Translations under genes and position numbers: made by a program
Source: Candidatus Latescibacterota bacterium
Lineage (GTDB): Bacteria > Latescibacterota > UBA2968 > GCA-2709665
DNA length: 64,000 nucleotides
Assembly (NCBI GenBank): GCA_965222075.1
Contig: OZ244937.1
Coordinates: 2,880,001-2,944,000 of the forward strand
Direction: 5' to 3'
The notes under the pieces: model-generated
Seen by the model: the letters and a program-made list of their open reading frames with translations, nothing else
What the model was told of the DNA's origin: nothing
Database searches by the model: none
Part shown: positions 27,427 through 37,815 of the stretch, piece after piece
How positions within the stretch are numbered: position 1 is the stretch's first letter
How the letters are laid out: each line of letters opens with the position of its first letter

Positions 27427-28488
27427 TCACTCCACGTCCGGCCCAATCCGAATCGAATGCGTCTTCACCAGACAGACCACCCCCTCTCCTGCCCTCAGCG
27501 AAAGCTCCGCTACCGCCTCCGGGGTCACTTCCACTGCCAGCCGTTTCCCCACGTCCACGTAGACCACCTGCTTCCCCCCCGCCTCCGACACCTCCAGAAT
27601 CCGCCCCTCAAGCGCATTGCGGACACTTAAGCCTTCCGGACGCTCCCGGCAGAGGATAATGTCGTTGGCCCGGATGCCGATAAAGATCCGGCGCCCTTCG
27701 AGCCTGCCGCAGGGGGGCACCGTCAGCTCCTGGTCCCTATACCGCACCCGGGTGCCCGAAATCACCTCCACCGGCAGTACATTCTCAAACCCGTGGGCCT
27801 CCACCAGGGGCAGCACCTCCGGCTGGTGCGCCACTTCAAAAAAATCTCCGTGCGCGACCACCCTGCCCGCCTCCAGAACGATCACCTGCCCGGTCAACTC
27901 CAGGATCTCGGCCACCGAATGGCTCACATAAAGCATCGGAACGCCCAGATCGGATCGGAGGTGGCGCAGATAGGGCATAATCCGGTCCTTAAGCCCCCGA
28001 TCCAGCGAGGCCAGAGGTTCGTCCATTAAAAGGAGCCGGGGAGAAGCCAGAATCGCCCGGCCCAGCGCAACCCGCTGCTGCTCTCCCCCCGAAAGCCGGT
28101 CCGGATGCCGCTCCAGAAGCGGGCCCAGGCCCAGCAGATCCACAATCCGGTCCATCTTAAACCGGCGGTCTGTCGGAGGCAGCAGATCGTATCCATACCG
28201 GAGGTTCTCCCGCACGGTAAAGTGGGGAAAGAGGAGTTCATCTTGAAACACATAGCCCATGCGGCGGCACTCCGGCGGCAGATTGATCCCCCGCTCGGAA
28301 GAGAAAAGCACCTCACCGTCAATACGGATCTCCCCCCAATCCGGACGCTGCAGCCCGGCTACCAGGTTTAAAAGCGTGGTCTTGCCCGCTCCTGAAGGGC
28401 CGAAAATCGCTGTCACCGGATACGGACAGTCTACCGCCACATCCAGCGTAAAATCGGACAGGCGCCGGAAGAGCCGGATAGAAACCAC
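27427..28488 (-). CDS. modC: Molybdate ABC transporter ATPase
   Basis: GPSGAGKT, LSGGEQQR, LLLMDEPL, YVSHS, C-terminal TOBE region (LSVRNAL). Confidence 0.93.
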   Translation of the reverse strand: MVSIRLFRRLSDFTLDVAVDCPYPVTAIFGPSGAGKTTLLNLVAGLQRPDWGEIRIDGEVLFSSERGINLPPECRRMGYVFQDELLFPHFTVRENLRYGYDLLPPTDRRFKMDRIVDLLGLGPLLERHPDRLSGGEQQRVALGRAILASPRLLLMDEPLASLDRGLKDRIMPYLRHLRSDLGVPMLYVSHSVAEILELTGQVIVLEAGRVVAHGDFFEVAHQPEVLPLVEAHGFENVLPVEVISGTRVRYRDQELTVPPCGRLEGRRIFIGIRANDIILCRERPEGLSVRNALEGRILEVSEAGGKQVVYVDVGKRLAVEVTPEAVAELSLRAGEGVVCLVKTHSIRIGPDVE

Positions 28489-28489
28489 C

Positions 28490-29167
28490 TCAGGCCCTCC
28501 CCATGCGCCGGGCCAGGCCTTCGCTGGCCAGAAGCGCCGCAAACGAAAGAACCACCGAAATGGCCGCCAAACGCGCGGCAGCCGCCTCCCCCTCCGGCTG
28601 GTTCAGATAGGTAAAAATCGCTAAGGGCAGCGTCCGCGTCTCCCCTGCGATATTCGAAGCAAACGTAATTGTGGCCCCAAACTCCCCCAGGCTCCGGGCA
28701 AACGTCAGCAGCGACCCGGCCAGCAGGCCGGGGGAGGCCAGGCGGAGCGTCACCGTCCAGAACGCCCGCAAAGGCCCGGCCCCCAGCGTCCGGGCGGCCC
28801 CCTCCAGACGCGGGTCCACCCCCTCGATCGCCAGACGCACCGCACGCAGCATCAGCGGGAACCCAACGACCGCAGAGGCCAGCACCGCCCCCTTCCACGT
28901 AAACGCCAGCCGGAGGCCCAGCATCCCTTCCAGCCACCCACCCAGCATCCCCCGCCGGCCGAACAACACCAGCAGCAGGTAGCCCGTCACCACAGGGGGC
29001 AGAACCAGGGGCAAATGGCAGAGCCCGTCTAAGATCACCTTGCCTCGAAATACGCGCCGGGCCAGCACCCAGCCCACCAGCACCGCAGGGGGCAGGCTGA
29101 TCAGCACGCAGAAAATCCCTACCCTCATGGAAATCCCCAGAACCTCCCACTCTTCTAAAGTCAGCAC
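28490..29167 (-). CDS. modB: Molybdate ABC transporter permease
   Basis: HLPLVLPPVVTGY, AARTLGA, FARSLGEFGATITF. Confidence 0.95.
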   Translation of the reverse strand: MLTLEEWEVLGISMRVGIFCVLISLPPAVLVGWVLARRVFRGKVILDGLCHLPLVLPPVVTGYLLLVLFGRRGMLGGWLEGMLGLRLAFTWKGAVLASAVVGFPLMLRAVRLAIEGVDPRLEGAARTLGAGPLRAFWTVTLRLASPGLLAGSLLTFARSLGEFGATITFASNIAGETRTLPLAIFTYLNQPEGEAAAARLAAISVVLSFAALLASEGLARRMGRA

Positions 29168-29214
29168 AACGGGTATTCTCCTCTCGATGGAATCGCTGAA
29201 TGACCAGACTCAGA

Positions 29215-29243
29215 AAGATAGCAAATATATGAGGTCTGCCCAA
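29215..29243 (-). promoter_or_regulatory. Putative modB promoter
   Basis: TTGGGC-17 nt-TATCTT. Confidence 0.4.
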
Positions 29244-29251
29244 TGAAGAAA

Positions 29252-29280
29252 TTGACCCTATTCATCGTTTTCCTTATCTT
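29252..29280 (+). promoter_or_regulatory. Putative gltB promoter
   Basis: TTGACC-17 nt-TATCTT. Confidence 0.55.
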
Positions 29281-29419
29281 TCTATGCACTGATCCGCTCT
29301 CTGCGTGGACGGAGAGTATGCAGCTTCTGGTCGACGGGTTGGTCGAGGTGGGCATCTTTGTATGGGTTGACCATCATATTCTTCCGTGCCATTTCGTGAT
29401 CCGCAGAAGGGAATCACCT

Positions 29420-32400
29420 ATGCAGCAGCAAACGGCCCCCGCCGGGGGGCTCTACCGTCCTGAGTTCGAGCACGACGCCTGTGGGGTCGGGTTTGTCGCC
29501 GACATCTCCGGTCAGAGAAGCCACGAGATCGTCCGCAAGGCCGTCCTGGCCCTGGCCAACCTGACCCACCGGGGGGCAATGGACGCCGATGCGAAGACCG
29601 GCGACGGCGCGGGTGTACTCACCCAGATCCCCACCAAACTCTTCGCCCAGGAGGCGGAACGCCTGGTACACCGGCTGCCCGACGGGAAAGACCTCGCCGT
29701 GGGCATGATCTTCCTGCCCCGGCAAGACGTCATGGTCAACGACCGGTGCCGCATCATCATCGAAGAGGCCATCGACCACTACGACCTGGACTTCATCGGG
29801 TGGCGCCCCGTCCCGGTGGACGAATCCGTCCTGGGCGACACGGCCGCAGAACTGCGGCCCGACATCCAGCAGGTGCTCATCGGCCGGGTGGGGTCGATGT
29901 CCGATGCCGGATTTGAACGCGCCCTCTACCTGGTTCGCAAACAGATCGAACGCTCCCTGCGTCGACACAAGATCGAAGGCTGCTACATCTGCTCCTTTTC
30001 CAACCGGACGGTCGTCTACAAGGGCATGATGGTGGCCCCCCAGCTCTTCCGGTTCTACAAAGACCTCCAGGACCCCGACTTTGAAACGGCCCTGGCCGTC
30101 TTCCACCAGCGCTACAGCACCAATACCATGCCCACCTGGTTCCTGGCCCAGCCCTTCCACTGCCTGGCCCACAACGGCGAAATCAATACCCTGGGGGGAA
30201 ACACCACCTGGATGCAGGCGCGCGAAGGAGAGCTTGACTCAAAGGCCTGGGGCCGGCACGTCAACCGAATCAAACCGATCGCAGACCCCATCGGCAGCGA
30301 CTCGGCGCAACTCGACAACGTCTTTGAGTCCCTCATCCTCGCCGGTCGCAACCCGATGCACGCCATGATGATGTTGATCCCGGAGGCCCATCAGAATATC
30401 CCGGACATACCGTCCGACCTCCGGGGCTTCTACGAATACCACGACTGCCTCATCGAACCCTGGGACGGCCCGGCGGCAGTCGCCTTCTCCGACGGGGAGA
30501 TCGTAGGCGCCACACTCGACCGGAACGGCCTGAGGCCCGCCCGCTACAAGATCACCGACGACGATCTGATCATCATGGGCTCCGAAGTGGGCATGATCGA
30601 GATCGACGACCGCCGGGTGGTGGAGAAAGGCCGCCTCGGCCCGGGGCAGATGATCGCGGTCGACACCCGCAGGGGCGTCCTCCTCAAAAACGACGAAACC
30701 AAGGCGCACATCGCCCGGAGCAGGCCCTACGGCGAGTGGGTCAGGGAAAACCTGATCCACCTGGACCGGGCCGACAGCGCCGCCGAACCCCTCCCCTCCC
30801 CCGTCCAGGACGATCCGCCCCTGCGCCAGCGGCAGCTTGCGTTTGGCTACACCTCCGACGAGATCGAGTATGTGCTCATCCCTATGGCCAACGACGGAAA
30901 AGAACCGGTCGGCTCCATGGGGGACGATACCCCCCTGGCCGTGCTCTCGGAGCGCCCCCAGCTCCTGTATAACTACCTTACGCAGCGTTTTGCCCAGGTG
31001 ACCAATCCCCCCATCGATCCCCTCCGGGAAGAGCTGGTCATGTCGCTTGACATGACCCTCGGCTACCGCCGCAACCTCTTTAAAGAGAAGAGGAAGCACG
31101 CGCGGCTCATCCGGTTAAAATCCCCCATCCTGCTCAACTCGGAACTGACCCGGCTCCGTGAGATGGTAATCCCCGAATTTGAGGCTGAGACCCTGCCCGC
31201 CCTCTTTACCCCCCAGGATGGACCGGACGGCCTCCGGCGGGCCCTCGCCCGGCTGTGCATGCGGGCCGTTCAGGCGGTGGAAGAAGGCAAGACCCTGCTC
31301 ATCCTCAGCGATCGGGGGGTGGATGCTTCGCAGGCGCCCATCCCGATGCTGCTGGCCGTGGGCGCTGTACATCACCACCTCATTCGGGAAGGCAAGCGGA
31401 TGCGGGCCAGCCTCATCGTCGAGTCGGGCGAACCCAGAGAGGTGCACCACCTCGCCGCCCTCATCGGCTACGGTGCAAGCGCCGTCAACCCGTACCTGGC
31501 CTACGAGATCCTCCACTGGCTGGTGGAAGAGGGGAAAGTTGAAGAAAGCATCACCTTCCAGAAAGCCCTGAGAAACTACCGGAAGGCCCAGGAAATCGGC
31601 ATCCTCAAGACCATGTCCAAAATGGGCATCTCAACCCTCAGCAGCTATCACGGCGCCCAGGTCTTCGAAGCCGTCGGCCTGCACCAGAACCTGATCGACC
31701 GCTTTTTCACCGGAACGGTCTCCCAGATAGGCGGCATCGGCCTGGAGGAGATCACAGAGAATGTACTGGAAGGGCATGCCCGGGCATTTGCGCCTGAAAC
31801 CGAGCCGGTCCTGAAGGACAACGGCACCTACCGCTTCCGCCGCGACGGCGAGTACCACGCGTTCAACCCCCTGGTGTTCAAAGCCATCCATAAACTCGCC
31901 AAGAGTGGAGAATATGGTGACTTCCAGATCTACTCCAGGCTGGTCGAGAACCGTCCTCCCGCGGCCCTCAGAGATCTCATGGCCTTCCGCGAAAGCGCCC
32001 CTGTTCCCCTGGATGAAGTAGAATCCGTCGAGGCCATCTGCCGCCGGTTTACCACGGCTGCCATGTCCCACGGCGCGCTCTCCCGGGAAGCGCACGAGAC
32101 CCTTGCGATTGCCATGAACCGGATCGGCGGCAAGAGCAACAGCGGGGAGGGGGGGGAAGATCCGGAACGCTATCACCGCAGACCCGACGGCTCCTGGCCC
32201 AACAGCGCGGTCAAACAGGTCGCCTCCGGCCGGTTCGGCGTGACCCCCGAATACCTGGCCTCCGCTCTGGAACTCGAAATCAAGATGGCCCAGGGGTCCA
32301 AGCCGGGAGAGGGCGGCCAGCTCCCGGGGCACAAGGTCTCGGCGGAAATCGCCCGCATCCGCCACGCCATACCCGGCGTCACCCTCATCTCTCCGCCGCC

Positions 32401-33991
32401 GCACCACGACATCTACAGCATCGAAGACATCGCCCAGCTCATCTACGACCTCAAACACATCAACCCCCGGGCCAGGGTCGCGGTGAAGCTCGTGGGCGTG
32501 GCCGGCGTGGGCACCATCGCCGCGGGCGTGGCCAAGGGGTATGCGGACGTCATCCACCTCAGCGGGCACGACGGAGGCACCGGCGCGTCTCCCTTGAGCT
32601 CCATCAAACACTCGGGAAGCCCCTGGGAACTGGGCCTGTCGGAAATCCAGCAGACCCTGATCCACAACGACCTGCGGGGCCGGGTGACGCTGCGCGTGGA
32701 CGGCGGGTTCAAAACCGGTCGGGATGTGGTCATCGCCGCCCTCCTGGGCGCAGAAGAATATGGGTTTGGCACCTCGGCCCTGGTGGCCGAAGGCTGTGTG
32801 ATGGCCAGGCAGTGCCACCTCAACACCTGCCCGGTGGGCGTGGCCACCCAGAAACCGGAACTGCGGAAAAAATTTCCGGGCACCCCGGAAATGATCATCA
32901 ACTTCTTCACCAACCTGGCCCGGGAGGTCCGGGAAATCCTCGCCGGCCTGGGCTACTGGGAACTGGACGACATCATCGGACGCACCGACCTCCTGGAGCC
33001 CCGGATCGATCCCGACCGGCTCAAGTGGCGGGGAATCGACCTGAGCCGCATCCTGGCCGATCCCGATCCGAAAGGCACCCGGCCCCGGTTGCACACCAAG
33101 GAGCGGAACGACCGTCTCGACGCGCCCTTAGACGACCGGATGCTCCACGACGCCAAAGATGCGATTGCCACCAATACCTCCGTCAGCATCCGCTACGAAA
33201 TCAAGAACACCCACCGGGCCGTGGGGGCCAAACTGGCCGGGGAAATTGCCTACCACTACGGCGACAAGGGCCTGGACGGAACGGTCGAATGCTCGTTCCG
33301 GGGCAGCGCCGGGCAGAGTTTCGGCGCCTTCTGCATCCGGGGCCTGAGGCTGATCCTCACCGGCGAGGCCAACGACTACGTGGGCAAGAGCATGAACGGC
33401 GGAGAGATCGCTCTGACGCCGCCCGGCAATGCCCGGTTCCACAGTCACAAAAACACCATTATGGGCAACACCGTGATGTACGGAGCCACAGGGGGTACCC
33501 TCTACGCGGCCGGCTGTGCCGGAGAGCGGTTCTGCGTGCGAAACAGTGGGGGACACGCCGTGGTGGAAGGCGTGGGCGACCACGGATGTGAGTACATGAC
33601 CGGTGGCGTGGTGGTGGTCCTGGGAAAAACAGGGCGGAATTTCGGCGCGGGCATGACCGGCGGCAACGCCTATGTGTTAGACGAAGAGGATGCTTTTGAA
33701 AAACGCTTCAATCCGCAGCTCGTCGGCATCAGTCGGGTTACCGACCCCGATGACGTCGAACAGCTCCAGAGCATGATCGGCCGGCACCTCGAACTGACCA
33801 ACAGCCGCCGGTCCAGCCGCATCATCAACCGCTGGGAACACTACCTCTCCATGTTCTGGAAGGTCGCGCCCCATCCCCCCGAAACCGGAGACGAACTCGT
33901 CATCCCCGAACGCTATCGGGAAACCCACCGTGAGGCTCACAAGCAGAGAGTCCAGAGGCAGCGGTCCACACACCCCAGAGAAAAGGTGTAA
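29420..33991 (+). CDS. gltB: Glutamate synthase large subunit
   Basis: EHDA/CGVGF Ntn start, HQRYSTNT, HNGEINT, KMAQGSKPGEGGQLPG, CVMARQCHLNTCPVG, GXGXG domain. Confidence 0.98.
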   Translation: MQQQTAPAGGLYRPEFEHDACGVGFVADISGQRSHEIVRKAVLALANLTHRGAMDADAKTGDGAGVLTQIPTKLFAQEAERLVHRLPDGKDLAVGMIFLPRQDVMVNDRCRIIIEEAIDHYDLDFIGWRPVPVDESVLGDTAAELRPDIQQVLIGRVGSMSDAGFERALYLVRKQIERSLRRHKIEGCYICSFSNRTVVYKGMMVAPQLFRFYKDLQDPDFETALAVFHQRYSTNTMPTWFLAQPFHCLAHNGEINTLGGNTTWMQAREGELDSKAWGRHVNRIKPIADPIGSDSAQLDNVFESLILAGRNPMHAMMMLIPEAHQNIPDIPSDLRGFYEYHDCLIEPWDGPAAVAFSDGEIVGATLDRNGLRPARYKITDDDLIIMGSEVGMIEIDDRRVVEKGRLGPGQMIAVDTRRGVLLKNDETKAHIARSRPYGEWVRENLIHLDRADSAAEPLPSPVQDDPPLRQRQLAFGYTSDEIEYVLIPMANDGKEPVGSMGDDTPLAVLSERPQLLYNYLTQRFAQVTNPPIDPLREELVMSLDMTLGYRRNLFKEKRKHARLIRLKSPILLNSELTRLREMVIPEFEAETLPALFTPQDGPDGLRRALARLCMRAVQAVEEGKTLLILSDRGVDASQAPIPMLLAVGAVHHHLIREGKRMRASLIVESGEPREVHHLAALIGYGASAVNPYLAYEILHWLVEEGKVEESITFQKALRNYRKAQEIGILKTMSKMGISTLSSYHGAQVFEAVGLHQNLIDRFFTGTVSQIGGIGLEEITENVLEGHARAFAPETEPVLKDNGTYRFRRDGEYHAFNPLVFKAIHKLAKSGEYGDFQIYSRLVENRPPAALRDLMAFRESAPVPLDEVESVEAICRRFTTAAMSHGALSREAHETLAIAMNRIGGKSNSGEGGEDPERYHRRPDGSWPNSAVKQVASGRFGVTPEYLASALELEIKMAQGSKPGEGGQLPGHKVSAEIARIRHAIPGVTLISPPPHHDIYSIEDIAQLIYDLKHINPRARVAVKLVGVAGVGTIAAGVAKGYADVIHLSGHDGGTGASPLSSIKHSGSPWELGLSEIQQTLIHNDLRGRVTLRVDGGFKTGRDVVIAALLGAEEYGFGTSALVAEGCVMARQCHLNTCPVGVATQKPELRKKFPGTPEMIINFFTNLAREVREILAGLGYWELDDIIGRTDLLEPRIDPDRLKWRGIDLSRILADPDPKGTRPRLHTKERNDRLDAPLDDRMLHDAKDAIATNTSVSIRYEIKNTHRAVGAKLAGEIAYHYGDKGLDGTVECSFRGSAGQSFGAFCIRGLRLILTGEANDYVGKSMNGGEIALTPPGNARFHSHKNTIMGNTVMYGATGGTLYAAGCAGERFCVRNSGGHAVVEGVGDHGCEYMTGGVVVVLGKTGRNFGAGMTGGNAYVLDEEDAFEKRFNPQLVGISRVTDPDDVEQLQSMIGRHLELTNSRRSSRIINRWEHYLSMFWKVAPHPPETGDELVIPERYRETHREAHKQRVQRQRSTHPREKV

Positions 33992-34059
33992 TCATCCTGT
34001 CTAACACCGCCCACAGACGCATACGTTCATTCCAACACCACACGCAAAAGAGGACACCT

Positions 34060-34815
34060 ATGGTAGACCTGACGGGCAAAGCCGCCCTCATCACCGGCTC
34101 TTCCAGAGGCATAGGCCACGGATGCGCAATCGAAATGGCGCGCTGTGGCGCCAACATCACGGTCAACTACCACTCCCATCCGGAAGATGCAGAGAGGGTA
34201 GCCGAAGGGATTCGCGCTCTGGACCGGCAAGCCCTCACCGTCGGCGCGGACGTCTCCGACCGATCTGCCGTCGAGCGGATGGTGGCGGAAACCGTCGAGC
34301 GCTTCGGACGCCTCGACATCGCCGTCTGCAATGCCTACTACAGCAAACGGGAGCCCTTCTTAGATCTCTCAGTCGAGGCCATGCAGCGCACCCTCGATGT
34401 GTGCCTCTGGGGGAGTTTTCACACCGCCCAGGCCGCCGCCCGGCAGATGGTCGCTCAGGGAGAGGGCGGTAACATCCTCTTCATCAGCTCCGTCCTCGCT
34501 CACATCCCCTATCCCACCTCCCTCCCTTACAATACCGCCAAGGCCGGCATCAACCACATGTCGGCCACCATCGCCGCAGAACTCACCCCCCACCGCATCC
34601 GGTCCAACGTTATCGAACCCGGCTACACCGATACACCAGGCGAACGGCAGTTTGCCACCGAGGAGCAGATCCGGGAAGCCGCAAAGCAACTCCCCTGGGG
34701 CCGGCTGGGCACCATCGAAGACATCGGGAGGGCCGCAGCCTTCCTCTGCTCCGACGCGGCCGACTACATCACCGGCACCATTCTCAAAGTCGACGGCGGC
34801 TACTGTCTGAAATGA
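34060..34815 (+). CDS. SDR family oxidoreductase
   Basis: TGSSRGIG, YNTAK, PWGRLG, ITGTILKVDGG. Confidence 0.95.
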   Translation: MVDLTGKAALITGSSRGIGHGCAIEMARCGANITVNYHSHPEDAERVAEGIRALDRQALTVGADVSDRSAVERMVAETVERFGRLDIAVCNAYYSKREPFLDLSVEAMQRTLDVCLWGSFHTAQAAARQMVAQGEGGNILFISSVLAHIPYPTSLPYNTAKAGINHMSATIAAELTPHRIRSNVIEPGYTDTPGERQFATEEQIREAAKQLPWGRLGTIEDIGRAAAFLCSDAADYITGTILKVDGGYCLK

Positions 34816-34844
34816 GCCGGATTTAGACGCAAAAGGAGCCCTCT

Positions 34845-35420
34845 ATGTCGAAAACCTCCACAGATCTCGCCCACCACATCCGGCAAACCCCGCTCTGCGA
34901 CACCCACGAACACCTTAAAAAAGAATCCGAATGGGTGGAAAAGGGCCCCGACGTTTTGCAGGACCTCTTTGGAAACTACGTGCTGGCCGACCTGAAAACC
35001 GCCGGCGCCTCCCCCGACGCCCTCAAACGGTTGATGGACGCCTCGGGCCCCGATTTCTTCCTCTACGACCTCTCCTGGGCCGGCTTTTGCGGCGGCAATA
35101 TCGACACCAAATCGATTGGGGAAGACACCGATATCGAGGTAACCGACCTCTTTTCCCTCCGCCGGGCGATGGAGCGGCTCTTTGAGAAACACGCCCCCTG
35201 CGCGATTGCCGTCAAAGCCCAGCACGCCTACAACCGCACGCTGCTCTGGGAGGAACGCAGCGACGAGGACGCGGCCCGGGCGCTCGAAGCGGAAATCGCC
35301 GATGGCGACCTCACCGAACCTCAGGCCATGCAGGTGGCCACCCGGTTGATGTCCACCAACCAGCGGGAATGTTTCGACCTGGACGGAACACGGGAGGCCA
35401 TTCAAAAAAAGGTGGAATAG
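34845..35420 (+). pseudogene. Internally deleted amidohydrolase-superfamily gene (191 aa, still in frame)
   Basis: N-terminal DTHEH, middle K.QHAY.R, and C-terminal DGDLT...A..LM..N are present; later catalytic His/Asp motifs are absent and the ORF is too short for the TIM barrel. Confidence 0.65.
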
Positions 35421-35423
35421 GGG

Positions 35424-35540
35424 ATGAAGCGCCTGGAGGAAGTGGTCGATGGCGTGGCCGTCACCGAACGTGATCCCAACGTCAAAACGTCGGCTACGGG
35501 GGCTACCCCAACGCCGAGAGCATTGTGGAACTCGACCGCC
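35424..35540 (+). pseudogene. Ntn-asparaginase / glycosylasparaginase fragment
   Basis: VDGVAVTERDPNVK, frameshift, then VGYGGYPNAESIVELD. Confidence 0.65.
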
Positions 35541-35662
35541 GTTGCAAACACGCAGGAGAACCGATTACACTCTGGGAGATATTTTATAGCAAAGGATGGG
35601 CCCTAAGGTTTTTGCACGATAACGTGGGAACAAGGAAAACGACGACACCTGGGAGGTGAATT

Positions 35663-36733
35663 ATGAAGGTCGGTAAGTTCATGATGCCGTTGCATCCGCC
35701 GGAAAAGGATCGGACGCAGACGTTCGAAGAGGACATAGAGTGCATCCTGCTGGCAGATGAACTGGGCTTCAGTGAAGCCTGGATCGGTCAACACCATACG
35801 GCGGGGTGGGAACCGATCCCCTCCAACGACGTCTTCATCGCCAACCTGCTGCCGCAGACGAAACACATCCGCCTGGGCACGGGCGTGACGATCATCACCC
35901 AGCACCACCCGGCCAATGTCGCCGTCAGACTGGCCTATCTGGACCACCTGGCGAAGGGTCGACTCAACGTCGGCTTTGGGCAGGGCGGCGTGCCAACCGA
36001 CTGGGGGCTCTTCGACCTGCCGGACCCCAGGACGCAGGGGCTGATGGCCCTGGAGGCGATGGACATCGTTCTCAAGCTCTGGCAAGAGGAGGCGCCGTTC
36101 GAATTTAAGGGGGAGTACTGGAACGTCAAGATCGATCAGAAGGTTCCGGAACTCGGCCTGGGACAGCTGCTGAAGCCGTACCAGCAGCCGCACCCTCCAA
36201 TCGCAATGAGCATCGTCAAGGAGGAATCGATGGCTGCCACGACGGGCGGCCGGAGGGGGTTCATTCCGATCAGCATCAACATGGCGCCGCCCCACAAGGT
36301 GAACCGGCATTGGGAGCTCTACTGCGAAGGCGCTGCCGAAGGGGGGCAGCCCGAACCGGACCGTTCGATCTGGCGCATCTCCCGCAGCATATTCGTGGGC
36401 GAATCGGATGAGGAGGCCAGGAGGCATGCCTTAAACAGCCCGTTCATTGGGTCCCTCCTGTATCTACGCGGCATGCTGGAGCTCGCCGGCATGCTCGACC
36501 TGCCGAAACAGGACCCGGAGATGCCGGACGAAGCGGTCGACGCCGACTACATCATCGACAATATCGCCATCGTCGGTAGCGTCGATACGGTAACGCGGAA
36601 ACTTCAGGATCTCTACGATGTCACCGGAGGTTTTGGCACAGTTTTGATGATCGCCCACGACTGGGACGACAAGGCCAAGATGCGCAGGTCGATGGAGCTA
36701 ATGGCCAGGGAGGTCATTCCTCATCTGCCCTGA
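35663..36733 (+). CDS. LLM-class (luciferase-like) flavin-dependent monooxygenase
   Basis: FMMPLHPP, ADELGFSEAWIGQHH, IRLGTGV, YLDHLAKGR, KPYQQPHPP; RBS GGAGG. Confidence 0.93.
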   Translation: MKVGKFMMPLHPPEKDRTQTFEEDIECILLADELGFSEAWIGQHHTAGWEPIPSNDVFIANLLPQTKHIRLGTGVTIITQHHPANVAVRLAYLDHLAKGRLNVGFGQGGVPTDWGLFDLPDPRTQGLMALEAMDIVLKLWQEEAPFEFKGEYWNVKIDQKVPELGLGQLLKPYQQPHPPIAMSIVKEESMAATTGGRRGFIPISINMAPPHKVNRHWELYCEGAAEGGQPEPDRSIWRISRSIFVGESDEEARRHALNSPFIGSLLYLRGMLELAGMLDLPKQDPEMPDEAVDADYIIDNIAIVGSVDTVTRKLQDLYDVTGGFGTVLMIAHDWDDKAKMRRSMELMAREVIPHLP

Positions 36734-36945
36734 GCAGAGTGCCGATGATTTATCCTACAGACGACAGACGACGGAAGTAGCGATATGCTGTTAAGCTTTC
36801 GTCCGTGGTCTGATGCATCACCTATATAGGTATGCCGTTTCAATACTGGCTTAGATCCATATCGGGAGAGGATCGCTCAAGGGCCTCCCGCGCCTTCGGA
36901 AAGCGCTTCCGCACCAGAAGGCCCGGCGATACCCCTGGGTTTTAT

Positions 36946-37701
36946 ATGTGGCGCAAATATCGGGTGCTGTTTGGACTTCTGCTTGGATCGGTGGTATACG
37001 CAGCCGATCCACCTGAGGGCCTACACACCCCGTCCAAAGATTCCATTTTTGTTCTGGAAAGGTTCGATTATCCCGACCATATCGGCAAACTTCCCGATAC
37101 CTGGGAAGGCCGCACGGGCTGGGGACGACGCGTCGGTAAAAAAGACCTCTACTACACCGTCCAGACCGAAGACGACGACTTCTTTCTGCGCGCGTCAACC
37201 ACTGGAAAAGCGATCAACGTCGGCAGAAAAGCCAACATCAACCTCCGTATCTTCAACCGCCTTCGGTGGCGCTGGCGGGTGTTCAAACTTCCGCAGGACG
37301 GCAACGAACAAATAAAAGACAAAAACGACAGCGCCGCAGCCGTCCGCCTTGTTTTCCACGGAGGCATTATCCCCAAAACGCTTAAATACGTCTGGAGCGC
37401 CACGCTTCCCGTCGGCGCTGAAACCGAAAGTCCCGTTAACAGCAGGACCAAGGTTATCGTCCTGGAAAGCGGCTCGTCCAAATTGGGAGAGTGGGTCTGG
37501 GAAGAGAGAGACGCCTATGAAGACTACAAGCGTCTCTTTGGTGGCGAACCCCGCCCCGTCAAGTTTCTGGCCGTTATTACCGATTCCGACAACACCAGAT
37601 CCCCTGTCATAGCCGACTACGACGACTTCACCTTCCTCATCGGACCGCCCGACACAATAAAAACGGCTCCCCCGGACAGTGTGGAGACGCAGGCACAATG
37701 A
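36946..37701 (+). CDS. Secreted DUF3047-like protein
   Basis: LRWRWRV, NDSAA, LKYVWS, VLESG, W..EERD..EDYKRLFG, TDSDNT. Confidence 0.85.
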   Translation: MWRKYRVLFGLLLGSVVYAADPPEGLHTPSKDSIFVLERFDYPDHIGKLPDTWEGRTGWGRRVGKKDLYYTVQTEDDDFFLRASTTGKAINVGRKANINLRIFNRLRWRWRVFKLPQDGNEQIKDKNDSAAAVRLVFHGGIIPKTLKYVWSATLPVGAETESPVNSRTKVIVLESGSSKLGEWVWEERDAYEDYKRLFGGEPRPVKFLAVITDSDNTRSPVIADYDDFTFLIGPPDTIKTAPPDSVETQAQ

Positions 37702-37815
37702 GACACCCAACCCCGTACAAAAGACGCTCCCTTTAGATATCCCGAGGAGCAGGCAACCGACTCGACAATCGGCCCAGAGCGGAGGTATGCGATGAGAAAA
37801 ACGCCTCGCTTCAGA

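Noticed and set aside
29243-29419. Signal-peptide-like N-terminal extension of GltB
   Set aside because: Overlaps the promoter region; ATG 29420 fits the usual short propeptide before the catalytic Cys.
31631-33094. 487-aa minus-strand ORF
   Set aside because: Antisense shadow of gltB.
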